A DNA stretch of 64,000 nucleotides from Chiloscyllium plagiosum (Eukaryota), in contig NC_057735.1 of the NCBI RefSeq assembly GCF_004010195.1, forward strand, positions 11,080,065 to 11,144,064, given 5' to 3'. The notes under the pieces are model-generated. The model was not told where the DNA came from. It did no database searches and saw only the letters and a program-made list of their open reading frames with translations. Below are positions 63,765 through 64,000 of the stretch, piece after piece (within the stretch, counting starts at the first letter, position 1; every line of letters begins with the position of its first letter). Made by a program: the position numbers and the translations under genes.

Positions 63765-64000
63765 GACAGCACAGTGTCCCAGTGTTTAGCACAGCTATGT
63801 CACAGCCACCGTGACCTGGGTTCAGTTCAAACCTTGGGTGACTGTCTGTGTGCAGTTTGCACGTTCTCTCTGAGTCAGTGTGGGTATTCTCCAGGTGCTA
63901 CAGTTTTCTCCCAATGTCTAACAATGGTTAGGTTAGGCCATGCTACATTGCCCATAATGCCCAGGGATGTACAGGCCAGGTAGATTAGCCATGGGAAATG
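63765..64000 (+). mobile_element. HE1-type SINE, truncated by window edge
   Basis: gacctgggttcagttcaaaccttgggtgactgtctgtgtgcagtttgcacgttct. Confidence 0.65.

Overview
Vertebrate genomic DNA, almost certainly a shark/elasmobranch (HE1-type SINEs, abundant CR1/HER1-type LINEs, Deu-domain SINE remnants), with one 95-N gap (19557-19651). The window holds a minus-strand tandem cluster of CD300/pIgR-like (MDIR-like) Ig-superfamily receptor genes built from leader, V-type Ig, C2-type Ig, mucin stalk, TM and tail exons. From right to left: gene A (58090-47183) is an ITIM-bearing inhibitory gene disabled by four separate lesions. Gene B (40217-31299) has a closely similar ectodomain but ends in an Arg-containing activating-type TM exon with a 3-residue tail; its V exon and second C2 exon are dead, while leader-C2-stalk-TM stay open and in phase. 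Module B' (25571-22220) is a 5'-deleted, TM-less copy of the inhibitory 3' half. Gene C (leader 18551 or 16783, V 10723, C2 6718, V 3137) has open Ig exons and probably continues off the left edge. Together these look like a paired activating/inhibitory receptor cluster undergoing birth-and-death. Superimposed are three Penelope-like retroelement families carrying minimal hammerhead-ribozyme motifs, often as palindromic insertions with 11-16 bp TSDs and empty paralogous sites; two sit between unusually long (137 bp, ~625 bp) direct duplications. Exon boundaries were read by eye from GT/AG signals and phase; repeat boundaries are approximate; nothing was database-searched.
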